DNA from: Nitrospirota bacterium
GTDB lineage: Bacteria; Nitrospirota; UBA9217
Assembly (NCBI GenBank): GCA_963740085.1
Contig: CAVUCU010000004.1
Coordinates: 576,001-640,000 of the forward strand
Reading direction: 5' to 3'
DNA: 64,000 bases
In this document: one piece after another, positions 1-10,629 of the stretch
How positions within the stretch are numbered: the first letter of the stretch is position 1
Layout of the letters: each line of letters opens with the position of its first letter
Translations under genes and position numbers: made by a program
The notes under the pieces: generated by a model
Told to the model about the DNA's origin: nothing
The model's input: only the letters and a program-made list of their open reading frames with translations
Databases searched by the model: none

Positions 1-46
1 GAGAGCGTGAGCTAAAAATAGATTTCAAGAGAAGGGGTTCTCCATA

Positions 47-1150
47 ATGGCCAGCCTGCACGACTTGCTCAAGTTTATGATAGAAAAAGGCGCATCCGAC
101 CTTCACATTACCACCGGAATTCCGCCATCGATCCGCGTTGACGGCAAAATAAAACTGATCCCTGGACTGGAACCTCTTTCCGCAACTCAGACCAAGGACC
201 TCTGTTACAGCATCCTCACCGATGCCCAGAAGCACAAATTTGAAGAGAACAGCGAACTCGATCTCTCCTTCGGTGTTAAAAACTTGTCCCGCTTCCGCGC
301 AAATATGTTTGTGCAGCGGGGCGCCGTGGCTGCTGCGATCAGGACCATTCCCTTCAAGATCAAGACGTTCCAGGAACTTGGACTGCCGGAAATAGTATCC
401 GACCTTTGTAAGAAACCGAGAGGACTCGTTCTTGTCACAGGACCAACGGGGAGCGGGAAGTCGACAACACTGGCCTCGATGATCGATAAGATCAACAACG
501 AGCGGCAGGAACATATCATCACCATCGAAGATCCGATCGAATATCTCCACCCCCATAAAAAATGCCTTGTAAACCAGCGGGAGGTCAACGCGGACACCAA
601 ATCGTTCAAGGACGCATTGAAATATATACTCCGGCAAGACCCCGATGTCGTCCTCGTGGGCGAAATGCGCGATCTTGAAACCATTGAAGCGGCCCTGACC
701 ATAGCGGAAACAGGACATCTTACGTTTGCGACACTTCACACGAACTCTGCTGCGCAGACGATGAATCGTATCATCGATGTCTTTCCGCCTCACCAGCAAT
801 CCCAGGTCAGGGCACAGCTTTCTTTTGTTCTTGAGGGCGTCATGTCACAGCAGCTGGTACCGAAAATAGGCGGCGGCAGAATGCTCGCTCTTGAGGTCAT
901 GATCCCGAATATCGCTATCCGGAATCTTATCCGGGAGGACAAAATTCATCAGATCTATTCCATTATGCAGACCGGCCAGTCAAAGTTCGGGATGATGACG
1001 CTCAATCAGTCGCTCTATGATCTCTATACAAAAAAATTCATTTCGTATGAAGACTGTATCGGCCGGTCGTCGAATCCCGACGAACTTGTTCAAATGCTCG
1101 GGCGCTCCGGTCTTGCAGGGGCACAGACCGTACGCAAAGAATACCGCTGA
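47..1150 (+). CDS. pilT: Type IV pilus retraction ATPase PilT
   Basis: Walker A GPTGSGKS, TIEDPIE, LRQDPD, GHLTFATLHT, AIRNLIRE motifs. Confidence 0.97.
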   Translation: MASLHDLLKFMIEKGASDLHITTGIPPSIRVDGKIKLIPGLEPLSATQTKDLCYSILTDAQKHKFEENSELDLSFGVKNLSRFRANMFVQRGAVAAAIRTIPFKIKTFQELGLPEIVSDLCKKPRGLVLVTGPTGSGKSTTLASMIDKINNERQEHIITIEDPIEYLHPHKKCLVNQREVNADTKSFKDALKYILRQDPDVVLVGEMRDLETIEAALTIAETGHLTFATLHTNSAAQTMNRIIDVFPPHQQSQVRAQLSFVLEGVMSQQLVPKIGGGRMLALEVMIPNIAIRNLIREDKIHQIYSIMQTGQSKFGMMTLNQSLYDLYTKKFISYEDCIGRSSNPDELVQMLGRSGLAGAQTVRKEYR

Positions 1151-1188
1151 GGCGACGGCTGCCGGTCCAAATAATGATGAGGTGAAAA

Positions 1189-2400
1189 ATGGCAACAAAC
1201 GTATTTACCTGGGAAGGCAAAACACGGCAGGGTTCGGTCCAAAAGGGCGAGATTGCCGCAAACAGCAAAGAGGATGTTCTTGCGCTCCTTCGGAAGCAAA
1301 ATATTCAACCGATAAATGTATCCGCCAAGCCGAGAGAGCTCAAACTGAGTTTTGGCGCTCCAAAAGTCAAGGATAAGGATGTCGTGATCTTTACCCGGCA
1401 GTTGGCGACCATGATCGATGCCGGATTGCCGCTCGTACAGTGTCTTACTATCCTCGGCGACCAGACGGAAAACAAAACGCTTGCAAAGACAGTAAATCAG
1501 GTCAGGTCCGATGTCGAGAGCGGGGCAACCTTTGCCGATGCGCTCAAGAAACACCCGAAGATCTTTGACAGTCTTTATTGCAATATGGTTGCCGCTGGAG
1601 AGGCCGGCGGTATTTTGGATACCATTCTCGGACGCCTAGCCGTGTTTATGGAAAAGTTCGCGAAGATCAAGGGCCAAATTAAATCGGCGATGATTTATCC
1701 TTCGGTCATCCTGTTCGTCGCGGTTGGCGTGGTCTCCCTGCTGCTGGTTGTCGTTGTCCCCATGCTGGCAAACATTTTTGTTGAAGCAAAAATGCAACTG
1801 CCTTTCCCGACCCGCGTCGTAATGGCCGTCAGTAATTTTTTAAAAGGCTGGGGAGGACTGGTCCTTCTCGTCGCAATTATCGGATTCTTCGTTGGTCTCA
1901 AGCAATTTAGGAAAACAGAAAAAGGACTGAGAGTGACCGATGCCTTTGCGTTAAAAGTACCGGTTGCGGGATCTTTGATCCAGAGGGTGGCTGTTGCCAA
2001 GTTTACGCGCACCCTTGGCACGCTGCTTACCAGCGGAGTTCCTATTCTCGAAGGGTTGTTGATCGTTTCGAGGACCGCAGGCAATAAGGTTGTGGAAGAG
2101 GCGATCATGGCCACCCGGCAGAGCGTAAGCGAGGGTAAAACGCTTGCTGATCCGCTGGGAAGGGCAAAGGTTTTCCCCGCCATGGTTGTTTCGATGATAT
2201 CGGTTGGTGAGGCAACAGGCGCACTCGATAATATGCTGAACAAGATCGCGGACTTTTACGACGATGAAGTGGATTCCGCAGTAGCGGCCCTCACCTCCTT
2301 GCTTGAGCCCATGCTCATGATATTTCTGGGCGTTGTGGTCGGCTTTGTTATCATAGCCATGTACATGCCGATATTCCAGATGGGCGCGGCGGCAGGTTAG
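1189..2400 (+). CDS. pilC: Type IV pilus platform protein PilC (T2SS F family)
   Basis: FTRQLATMIDAGLPL, GEAGGILD, GEATGALD; follows pilT; SD GAGG. Confidence 0.96.
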   Translation: MATNVFTWEGKTRQGSVQKGEIAANSKEDVLALLRKQNIQPINVSAKPRELKLSFGAPKVKDKDVVIFTRQLATMIDAGLPLVQCLTILGDQTENKTLAKTVNQVRSDVESGATFADALKKHPKIFDSLYCNMVAAGEAGGILDTILGRLAVFMEKFAKIKGQIKSAMIYPSVILFVAVGVVSLLLVVVVPMLANIFVEAKMQLPFPTRVVMAVSNFLKGWGGLVLLVAIIGFFVGLKQFRKTEKGLRVTDAFALKVPVAGSLIQRVAVAKFTRTLGTLLTSGVPILEGLLIVSRTAGNKVVEEAIMATRQSVSEGKTLADPLGRAKVFPAMVVSMISVGEATGALDNMLNKIADFYDDEVDSAVAALTSLLEPMLMIFLGVVVGFVIIAMYMPIFQMGAAAG

Positions 2401-2408
2401 AACCTCAC

Positions 2409-4109
2409 GTGACACAAGAGTATTCAAAAGAAGAATACATAATACGCATTAAATGGCTTATCTGGAGCAGGGTAGTGCTCGCGACCTTTCTTGTCGGGAC
2501 ACTTGTCTTATTTCAAGGGCACTATGCTATTTACCTGTTTAAGACCGCCTACGTATACTATTTTCTGCTCTCCGTCTACTGCCTGACCGTTTTTTACTGG
2601 TACCTTCTTAAAAAGACAACGCGTTTTTCCCTCCTCGCTTATCTTCAGACTTCAGTCGATATTCTTCTTGTCACCGCTCTCATACATCTTACCGGAGGAA
2701 TCGACAGTGGTTTTTCGCTCCTCTATCATCTGACAATCATATCTTCAAGCATTATTCTGTACCGTCGAGGCGGGTATCTGTCGGCTTCTCTTTCGAGCAT
2801 ACTGTACGGTGCAATGCTGGATATGCAGTATTATAACATTTCCGGTTTCGTCAGGAGCCAGAACTTCACGGCAGTCCAGGTGCTTTTTCAGGTGGTCATC
2901 AATATCGTTTCATTCTACATCGTGGGTCTCTTGAGCGGCTACCTTTCCGAGCGTCTCAGGAAAACGCGCAAGGAACTTCGGGAGAAAATCATGGACCTTG
3001 AAGACCTCCGAGTGCTGCAGCAGCACATCCTGCGGAGCGTAGGAAGCGGGATCGTCACCATGGACCTGCAGGGCAACATCGCGTCATGGAACCCCGCGGC
3101 AGAACAGATAACGGGGTACCGTTACGATGAGATTAAAAAACGCTGGCAGCAGGTGTTCGGGGACAGCATCAAGGGAATCTTTGGCCATACGGACTCGCTG
3201 AAAGCGCGCCCATTTCGATTCGACGGACAGGTCATAAAAAAGGATGGCAATATTGCACTGCTCGGGATGACCGCCTCCCTGCTCAAGGATGATGCGAACG
3301 CCGTTCGCGGGATCATCCTTATCTTCCAGGACATAACCAGGTTGGTCGAAATGGAGAACCAGGTAAGGATGAAGGATCGGCTGGCTACCGTCGGGAGTCT
3401 TGCCGCGGGCATCGCCCATGAGATCCGGAACCCGCTCGCATCGCTCAGCGGTTCCATCCAGGTGCTGCAGGGCGAACTCGACCTCCAGGGGGACAATAAA
3501 CACCTTATGGATATTGTTGTCCGCGAGACAGACCGGCTCAATACGATCATCATTGAATTTTTGGAATATGCCCGTCTCAAGGACGCCCAGAATGACCACA
3601 TTGAGCTTTCACCCGTCCTTGATGAGACGATCATGCTGTTGAAGAACAGCAAGGATTTTACGGGAGACATCCGCATCACTCATCAGGTCGATCCGGATGT
3701 CGTGATAAAGGGGGACTCCCAGCGGATTCGCCAGGTTTTCTGGAACCTGCTTATTAACGCCTGCCAGGCAATGCCGCGGGGTGGCGAGATAACGATCACT
3801 GCGAGGTTGTTTTCCCGAGTGAATGATGACACTGATTGGTGCGAGATCATTATTGCAGATACGGGCCAGGGCATCACGTACGAAGATCGTGACAGGATAT
3901 TCAATCCCTTTTTCACGACAAAGACCGGGGGTACTGGTCTGGGATTGTCGATCGTCTACCGGATCATCGAGGATCATCGGGGAACGATAACGGTGGACAG
4001 CGTGCCCGGCAAAGGGACCCAATTCTTCATCAAGCTTCCGATTCTGGAGGAGCCAGTTTACACGACGCTCAAAAACAATACGGAGCATAAGCAGAAGAGG
4101 CGGAGTTGA
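2409..4109 (+). CDS. pilS: Sensor histidine kinase PilS (TM-PAS-HisKA-HATPase)
   Basis: N-terminal TM helices, H-box AHEIRNPL, NLLINA, FFTTK, GTGLGL; between pilC and pilR; GTG start. Confidence 0.9.
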   Translation: MTQEYSKEEYIIRIKWLIWSRVVLATFLVGTLVLFQGHYAIYLFKTAYVYYFLLSVYCLTVFYWYLLKKTTRFSLLAYLQTSVDILLVTALIHLTGGIDSGFSLLYHLTIISSSIILYRRGGYLSASLSSILYGAMLDMQYYNISGFVRSQNFTAVQVLFQVVINIVSFYIVGLLSGYLSERLRKTRKELREKIMDLEDLRVLQQHILRSVGSGIVTMDLQGNIASWNPAAEQITGYRYDEIKKRWQQVFGDSIKGIFGHTDSLKARPFRFDGQVIKKDGNIALLGMTASLLKDDANAVRGIILIFQDITRLVEMENQVRMKDRLATVGSLAAGIAHEIRNPLASLSGSIQVLQGELDLQGDNKHLMDIVVRETDRLNTIIIEFLEYARLKDAQNDHIELSPVLDETIMLLKNSKDFTGDIRITHQVDPDVVIKGDSQRIRQVFWNLLINACQAMPRGGEITITARLFSRVNDDTDWCEIIIADTGQGITYEDRDRIFNPFFTTKTGGTGLGLSIVYRIIEDHRGTITVDSVPGKGTQFFIKLPILEEPVYTTLKNNTEHKQKRRS

Positions 4110-4110
4110 T

Positions 4111-5484
4111 ATGAGTAAAATACTCGTTGTTGATGACGAACAGAGCATGCGGGACTTTCTCGCAATCCTGCTTACCAAGGAAGGTCACGAAGTCGTGACT
4201 GCAAAGAATGGTGCCGATGCCCTCCGGGCGGCCCAGGCCGAGATCTTCGACCTGGTGATCACTGATATGAAGATGCCTGGAGCCGACGGCATGGAAGTGC
4301 TCAAGTCTGTCAAAGAAATCTCACCTGAGACCGTCGTGATCATGATCACCGCCTTTGCAACCACTGAGACAGCGGTCGAGGCCATGAAGATCGGGGCGTA
4401 TGATTACATTATCAAACCGTTCAAGGTGGATGAGCTGAAGTTGATCATTAACAATTCGCTCGAAAAGCGCTATCTGAGAAAGGAGAATATCCTTCTCAAG
4501 CGCGAGATCGAGTCGAAGGCGGGATTTGCCAATTTTATCGGGAAAAGCCCACCGATGCAAAAAGTGTTTTCACTGATCCGTCAGGTCTCGGATACGACCA
4601 GCACCGTACTGATAACGGGTGAAAGCGGAACAGGCAAAGAGCTCGTAGCAAAAGCGGTCCATTTCAACAGCCCCCGGAAAAATGGACCGTTCGTAACGGT
4701 CAACTGCGGGGCATTGCCCGAGACGCTTCTGGAAAGCGAATTGTTCGGTTATATGAAGGGTGCCTTCACCGGTGCGTCGTCGAACAAACAGGGGCTTTTC
4801 GAAGCCGCCAACAACGGGACCATTTTTCTCGATGAGATCAGCGCGACTACGCCGGCGCTCCAGATCAAGCTTTTGCGGGTGCTCCAGGAGCGGGAGTTCA
4901 TCCGGGTGGGCGGGACTGCGCGGGTCAAGGTGGATGTGCATGTCATCTCCGCAAGCAACAAGGACCTGCCGTCCGAAATTGCCAAGGACACGTTCCGGGA
5001 GGACCTCTACTATCGTTTAAACGTGATCCCCATCCGCCTGCCTCCGCTCAGGGAGCGGAAGGAAGATATTCCGCTTCTTGCGGATTATTTTCTCAAGAAA
5101 GTCGTCCGCAAAGAGGCCGAACGGGCGCGGATCAAAACGATCGATGCTGATGCCATGAAGGCGCTGATGGCATATCATTGGCCGGGAAATGTTCGTGAGC
5201 TCGAGAATACAATAGAACGAATGATGATCATGACGCCGGAAGACGTTATTCGTCTCGAACAGATACCGGATACCGTAAAATGCCCCTCGGGCTGTTCCGA
5301 CCTTGTCTCGCTTGAGATCCCTGAGACAGGGGTGGACCTCGAGGCGCTTCTGGAAAATGCCGAAAGGACCTTTCTCAGGAAAGCGCTCGAAAAAACAGGT
5401 GGTGTCAAGACAGATGCGGCAAAGCTGCTCGGCCTCACTTTTCGCTCCTTTAGACACCGTCTGCAAAAATACGGCGACACGTAA
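4111..5484 (+). CDS. pilR: Sigma-54-dependent response regulator PilR
   Basis: REC domain, GESGTGKE, GAFTGA, WPGNVREL, C-terminal HTH; follows pilS. Confidence 0.9.
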   Translation: MSKILVVDDEQSMRDFLAILLTKEGHEVVTAKNGADALRAAQAEIFDLVITDMKMPGADGMEVLKSVKEISPETVVIMITAFATTETAVEAMKIGAYDYIIKPFKVDELKLIINNSLEKRYLRKENILLKREIESKAGFANFIGKSPPMQKVFSLIRQVSDTTSTVLITGESGTGKELVAKAVHFNSPRKNGPFVTVNCGALPETLLESELFGYMKGAFTGASSNKQGLFEAANNGTIFLDEISATTPALQIKLLRVLQEREFIRVGGTARVKVDVHVISASNKDLPSEIAKDTFREDLYYRLNVIPIRLPPLRERKEDIPLLADYFLKKVVRKEAERARIKTIDADAMKALMAYHWPGNVRELENTIERMMIMTPEDVIRLEQIPDTVKCPSGCSDLVSLEIPETGVDLEALLENAERTFLRKALEKTGGVKTDAAKLLGLTFRSFRHRLQKYGDT

Positions 5485-5503
5485 GCATTCGCGGAGTTTT
5501 TGA

Positions 5504-5532
5504 TTGCAAATGTCCAGTGATTCCGATACAAT
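5504..5532 (+). promoter_or_regulatory. Sigma70-like promoter of the UbiD gene
   Basis: TTGCAA-17-TACAAT, ATG 9 nt downstream. Confidence 0.5.
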
Positions 5533-5541
5533 TCAATTTCC

Positions 5542-7011
5542 ATGGCATACGATACGTTAAGAGATTATATCGCAGTCCTCGAAAAGAACAACGAACTGAT
5601 CAGGATCAAAGCCGAAGTTGACGCTGACCTTGAGATCGCTGAAATTACGGACCGGGTATCAAAAGAAAAGGGTACGGCGAACAAGGCGCTCCTGTTCGAA
5701 CGGGTCAAGAGGTCCGCTTTCCCGGTCCTGACCAATGCATTCGGCTCCATGAAGCGTATGTGCCTTGCGCTCGAGGTCGACAGCCTGGATGAGATCGGCC
5801 AGCGGATCAAGGAACTTGTCGACCCCACGAACCTGTTCCCGGGTCCCGGCGCCGGTATTATGGACAAACTGGGCATGTTGCCGAAACTTGCCGAACTCTC
5901 CAAATTTTTCCCCAAGACCGTAAAAAAGGCGCCCTGTCAGGACATCGTGCTGACGGGAGACAACGTAGACCTTTCCAAAATTCCCGTACTTCGGTGCTGG
6001 CCCTCTGATGGCGGACGTTTTATTACGCTCCCCATGGTCTGCTCGGTCGATCCCCTCACGAAGATCACAAACGTCGGCATGTACCGCATGCAGGTCTTTG
6101 ATCATCAGACCACCGGCATGCACTGGCACAAGCACAAGGACGGTGCCAGGCAGTACCAGCAGTACGAGGCTTTAGGCAGGCGCATGGAAGTGGCGGTTGC
6201 CATCGGCGGGGACCCCGCTATCATCTATTCTGCCACCGCGCCGCTCCCGCCGGTCATCGGCGAGTTCGTTTTTGCGGGCTTTCTCAGAAAAAAGCCTCTG
6301 GAGGTCGTCCAGTGCAAGACCATCGACGTTCGTGTACCGGCGGAGGCGGAGTTCATCCTTGAGGGCTTCGTTGATCCTCACGAACGTCGGGTGGAAGGAC
6401 CCTTCGGCGACCATACCGGCTACTACTCCGAGGCAGATGAGTATCCGGTATTCCATGTTACGGCCATTACGCACCGGCGGAACGCCATCTATCCGGCCAC
6501 ACTGGTCGGCCGCCCGCCGCAGGAAGACGCCTATCTCGGCAAGGCCACGGAACGCATCTTCCTTCCGCTGCTCCAGATGGTCTCGCCCGACATCCTCGAC
6601 ATGGACATGCCTGTTGAAGGCGTGTTCCATAACAATGTGATCGTCAGGATCAAGAAACGCTATCCCGGCCACGGCAAGAAGGTGATCAACACGATCTGGG
6701 GGACGGGCATGCTCATGCTCTCCAAGTTCGTCATTGTCTGCGACGAGGACGTCAATATCCACGATTACTCCGAAGTTACCTGGAAGGTCATGAACCATGT
6801 CGACCCGCAGCGTGATGTGATCATCACCGATGGGCCGCTTGACATCCTTGATCACTCCTGTCCCCAGATCGGATTCGGCGGCAAGATGGGCATCGATGCT
6901 ACGCGCAAAGGACCCGGTGAAGGATTCCACCGCTCATGGCCGGAGGAGATCAGGATGTCACCGGAGATTCAGGCGCTTGTCGAGAATCGCTGGAAGGAGT
7001 ACGGTTTATAA
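5542..7011 (+). CDS. ubiD: UbiD-family decarboxylase (likely menaquinone biosynthesis decarboxylase)
   Basis: NVGMYRMQ, EGPFGDHTGYY, GRPPQED, KMGIDAT motifs. Confidence 0.9.
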   Translation: MAYDTLRDYIAVLEKNNELIRIKAEVDADLEIAEITDRVSKEKGTANKALLFERVKRSAFPVLTNAFGSMKRMCLALEVDSLDEIGQRIKELVDPTNLFPGPGAGIMDKLGMLPKLAELSKFFPKTVKKAPCQDIVLTGDNVDLSKIPVLRCWPSDGGRFITLPMVCSVDPLTKITNVGMYRMQVFDHQTTGMHWHKHKDGARQYQQYEALGRRMEVAVAIGGDPAIIYSATAPLPPVIGEFVFAGFLRKKPLEVVQCKTIDVRVPAEAEFILEGFVDPHERRVEGPFGDHTGYYSEADEYPVFHVTAITHRRNAIYPATLVGRPPQEDAYLGKATERIFLPLLQMVSPDILDMDMPVEGVFHNNVIVRIKKRYPGHGKKVINTIWGTGMLMLSKFVIVCDEDVNIHDYSEVTWKVMNHVDPQRDVIITDGPLDILDHSCPQIGFGGKMGIDATRKGPGEGFHRSWPEEIRMSPEIQALVENRWKEYGL

Positions 7012-7168
7012 AACACTATTCAGGTGGATGGTCTGCAGGTTGAAGGTGGATGAAGTGAAGTGGATACTGAAAGTTCTTTGGATAGGTCAGCCGTCGGCTT
7101 AAATACCGCATCACCTCGGTCTCAGCCAGAACACCTCATCGTCATTAGCTAATCGGATATTTCACATT

Positions 7169-8509
7169 ATGCTGTTTTTTGGACTTCTCTTAATCATACT
7201 GCTCATCCTGCTGAACGGTTTTTTTGCTGCGGCCGAAATATCATTGATCTCGCTGCGCAAAAGCCGCGTTCGGCATCTCGTTAAAAGCGGCAATACGAAA
7301 GCAAGAAGAATCCAAAAGCTCCAGGAGGAACCGGAGCGTTTTCTTGCTACTATTCAGGTCGGCGTTACTCTCATCGGGACTTTAGCAGCCACGTTCGGCG
7401 GCGTAATAGCCATTGAGCATATTAAACCGTTTTTAGCTTCCTCGCCCGTGGAATTTATCAAGAGAGCGGCTGAACCGATCGCGGTCGGTATTGTCGTGAG
7501 TGTGATAACGTATTTAACGCTGGTATTCGGTGAACTGATCCCCAAGTCGCTTGCTATCCGATACGCTGAAAAAATTGCATTTCTGACATCGACATACGTC
7601 GATGTCATTTCAATAACCTTTCGCTGGGTACTGCGCATGCTTACCGCATCAAGTAATTTTGTCATTGGTCTGTTCGTTTCCTCAAATGATCGTGAACCAT
7701 CTCTGATATCGGAAGACGAGGTAAAATATCTTATTCGGGAAGGACGCAAGAGCGGCGTGTTCGAACCGTCGGAAGAGGACCTTATCCACAGCGTGTTCCG
7801 GTTCACCGACACCGTGGTAAAGGAGGTGATGGTCCCCCGGACCGAGATCGTGGCAGTCGAGGCGGAAAGCGACGTTGATTCGATCCTTCGTACCATGAAC
7901 GAGAAGGGGTTTTCGCGTCTGCCGGTATATTCCGAGACCATCGATAACATCATCGGCGTTGTCTATCTCAAGGATATTTTGCCGCTCCACCTGTCCGAGA
8001 AGGCGCTTCAACTCAAGCAGGTGCTCCGGAAGCCCTATATCGTTCCTCCCAATAAAAATGTCAGCGTTCTGTTGAAAGAGATGCGTGAAAAACGCATCCA
8101 CCTTGCCTTGGTGGGCGATGAATACGGAGGCACCGATGGCCTGGTGACCATGGAAGATCTTATTGAAGAGATCATCGGTGACATAAGAGATGAGCAGGAG
8201 AAGGAACTCCGGGAGATCAGTGAGATTGCCGCAAACCGGTACATCGTCGACGGGAGGACCGACATCGGCAAGGTGAATGACAAGCTGGGAATCAGGCTGC
8301 CGGAAGACGAATTCGAGACGGTCGGCGGTTTTCTGCTTGGGCTCTTCGGACGATTGCCTGCCGAGGGCGACCAGATCAAGCACCAGAACGTCATGTTTAC
8401 TGTGCTTCGGCTGAGGAAGAACCGGATATCGCGCATCAGGGTGCTCAAATATACGGGGGAGAACCAGGAAAGAGGGGAACATGAAGACGCCACTGATACT
8501 CGAGACTAA
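7169..8509 (+). CDS. Hemolysin/CNNM (DUF21)-CBS-CorC family Mg/Co transport protein
   Basis: [53 protein letters not shown]. Confidence 0.92.
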   Translation: MLFFGLLLIILLILLNGFFAAAEISLISLRKSRVRHLVKSGNTKARRIQKLQEEPERFLATIQVGVTLIGTLAATFGGVIAIEHIKPFLASSPVEFIKRAAEPIAVGIVVSVITYLTLVFGELIPKSLAIRYAEKIAFLTSTYVDVISITFRWVLRMLTASSNFVIGLFVSSNDREPSLISEDEVKYLIREGRKSGVFEPSEEDLIHSVFRFTDTVVKEVMVPRTEIVAVEAESDVDSILRTMNEKGFSRLPVYSETIDNIIGVVYLKDILPLHLSEKALQLKQVLRKPYIVPPNKNVSVLLKEMREKRIHLALVGDEYGGTDGLVTMEDLIEEIIGDIRDEQEKELREISEIAANRYIVDGRTDIGKVNDKLGIRLPEDEFETVGGFLLGLFGRLPAEGDQIKHQNVMFTVLRLRKNRISRIRVLKYTGENQERGEHEDATDTRD

Positions 8510-9365
8510 TCTCGCAGGACTCAAACCTCCGAAACGGGGCAAGGTCAGGGACATCTATGACCTCGATGAGATGCTTCTCATCGTGGCAACAGATAGGATT
8601 TCCGCTTTTGATGTAGTGCTGCCGAATGCGGTCCCCGAAAAAGGCAGGGTGCTTACCCAGATATCGAATTTCTGGTTTTCGAAGACCGCGGACATCGTGC
8701 ACAACCATCTCATATCCCTGGATGTCAGGGACTATCCCACCATATGCAAGCCGCACGCGGCAATCCTTGAGGGGAGAAGCATGCTCGTCAAGAAGACCCA
8801 ACCGCTGCCCGTGGAATGCATTGTGCGGGGATACCTTTCCGGCTCCGGACTGAAGGAGTACGGGACAATGGGCTCGGTGAGCGGCATCAAACTTCCGCCG
8901 GGGTTGACCGAGGCGTCGCGCCTTCCTGAACCGATATTCACGCCGTCCACGAAGGCCGAGATAGGCGAGCATGACGTTAACGTTGATTTTAATGATATAG
9001 TTAAGCGTGTCGGGGCCAACACAGCGGATAAAATAAGGAAATATACGCTCGCTATTTATCAGCGAGCGTGTAAACTTGCTGAGCCCAAAGGGATCATCAT
9101 AGCGGATACGAAGCTTGAATTCGGGGTCCTGAACGGAGAAATTATCCTGATCGATGAAGTGCTCACGCCCGACTCGTCCCGCTTCTGGCCGAAGAACGAC
9201 TACCGGGAAGGAGTTGTGCAGAAGAGCTTTGACAAGCAGTTCGTCCGTGATTATCTCCTTTCACTCAACTGGAACCAGAAACCCCCGGCGCCAGTGCTTC
9301 CCGACGATGTAGTGCGGAAGACGAGCGAAAAATATCTGGAAGTGCTCGGCATGCTGACCACGTAA
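8481..9365 (+). CDS. purC: SAICAR synthetase
   Basis: [51 protein letters not shown]. Confidence 0.97.
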   Translation: MKTPLILETNLAGLKPPKRGKVRDIYDLDEMLLIVATDRISAFDVVLPNAVPEKGRVLTQISNFWFSKTADIVHNHLISLDVRDYPTICKPHAAILEGRSMLVKKTQPLPVECIVRGYLSGSGLKEYGTMGSVSGIKLPPGLTEASRLPEPIFTPSTKAEIGEHDVNVDFNDIVKRVGANTADKIRKYTLAIYQRACKLAEPKGIIIADTKLEFGVLNGEIILIDEVLTPDSSRFWPKNDYREGVVQKSFDKQFVRDYLLSLNWNQKPPAPVLPDDVVRKTSEKYLEVLGMLTT

Positions 9366-9396
9366 AAAATGTCAACCTCGAACAGGCGATGGATTA

Positions 9397-9425
9397 TTGA
9401 TTTTAGCCGCCTTTCCTGATATACT
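9397..9425 (+). promoter_or_regulatory. Sigma70-like promoter
   Basis: TTGATT-17-TATACT upstream of the 9453 ORF. Confidence 0.5.
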
Positions 9426-9452
9426 GCCCTTGCCGTCCATGGGGAATGACAA

Positions 9453-9887
9453 ATGACGATGAAGAGATATCGATCCGATAAAATCGCACTCCTTGTCTTC
9501 TTCGTGCTGTATGCACTCTCACCGCTCACCTGCGACCTGTCCGTAAAATCCATAACACCCCATCTAGCCGGAAGAGCTTCCGGACATTCCTTTCAAAAGA
9601 CTTCTCTTTATCTTCTAGAAGTTTTGCACGAGGTTTTTTTTGGATCCAGCGAACCTGAAGACGATTCATCATCGAATCGCGTCCTTATCAGGAAGAAAAG
9701 CGCCGTTTATCGGGGCAGATTCAATTTTGTCCCGCAGTCAGGACATCCCTTTTCCGCGGCAGATCTGACGTCTGGCCAACATTTCTGCTTCGGGAGAGAA
9801 CGAGCCGAGATCGTGCAGTGCTCTCTCCGGAAGACCAGCGGTTACTGGACCCTGTATTCCGGCCTGTCCCCGCCGCTCCTTTCGTAG
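9453..9887 (+). CDS. Hypothetical signal/TM-anchored protein ending SGLSPPLLS; candidate arrest leader peptide
   Basis: Basic N-terminus, hydrophobic segment, own promoter, C-terminal PP motif 3 codons before stop. Confidence 0.65.
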   Translation: MTMKRYRSDKIALLVFFVLYALSPLTCDLSVKSITPHLAGRASGHSFQKTSLYLLEVLHEVFFGSSEPEDDSSSNRVLIRKKSAVYRGRFNFVPQSGHPFSAADLTSGQHFCFGRERAEIVQCSLRKTSGYWTLYSGLSPPLLS

Positions 9888-9952
9888 ATCCGCGAAAAGC
9901 CATTTCCGGAATGCTCTCCGGAAAATCTTTTGGGAGAAAGAAAGGAAAACCC

Positions 9953-10381
9953 ATGGGAATATTTGACAAACTCCTGGGAAAAGGAGAAAGCTATCCGCCC
10001 CTTGATCCTGCAAGTCCGGCCGCATCGAGGCTTGGATCGATTCAGCCCCATCTGGAGCCGTTCGTGAAACAGGTGTCTGATAAGTTGGAGATTGTGCCGC
10101 TAGATAAGGAGGCTGTGGTGTTCATCGGCAAGCCGCCTGATGCTTTTGGTGCGGCCTGGATCCGCAATGGAAAGATCTCAAACTTTAAAACGCTGATGCA
10201 GGACAAAAAGCTTCCCCCCGACCAGGTCCAACTGCTCTCGGACAAGCTGCGAGATGCATACATACGAAGCAAGGCGGCGGTTCGTTTCTCGATCGCGATC
10301 GGAGGCAAGACGGTCACGGTCACACCTTCTGAGTCGCTGGAGCATGACGTGGCCACCATATTTCAGGAACTGGGGGCATAG
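9953..10381 (+). CDS. Hypothetical protein (142 aa, starts MGIFDKLLGK)
   Basis: SD AAAGGA before ATG 9953; amphipathic N-terminus. Confidence 0.8.
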   Translation: MGIFDKLLGKGESYPPLDPASPAASRLGSIQPHLEPFVKQVSDKLEIVPLDKEAVVFIGKPPDAFGAAWIRNGKISNFKTLMQDKKLPPDQVQLLSDKLRDAYIRSKAAVRFSIAIGGKTVTVTPSESLEHDVATIFQELGA

Positions 10382-10382
10382 A

Positions 10383-10595
10383 ATGTCGCTGATGGCCCCT
10401 GCGTGTCGACAGCAATCGGCCCACAGGGGCTTTTTTGTGGACCCTCCCCGGCAGAGGATCAGCAAGTTCTCCCAGCGGCTGTTCGCGCGGACCGGCGCAT
10501 TCACCGATGCGCTGCTGATAGCAGGCATCATGCTCGTGACAGGCGTCATGATGCCCCCCCTGATCAGAGATCGGAAGCACACGGGAACACCTTAA
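10383..10595 (+). pseudogene. Possible remnant of the last TM helix of an MFS transporter
   Basis: SQRLFARTGAFTDALLIAGIMLVTGVMM resembles an MFS C-terminal helix; resemblance only. Confidence 0.2.
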
Positions 10596-10629
10596 CTTCA
10601 CGATGACGCCAAAGAAAGGGCAGTGAACC

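Noticed and set aside
5490-5510. Possible sigma-54 promoter after pilR
   Set aside because: GG-to-GC spacing is 11 rather than 10; a sigma70 pattern fits better
7020-7140. Purine-rich then pyrimidine-rich low-complexity tract (similar one at 31940-32030)
   Set aside because: Too degenerate to define units or arms confidently
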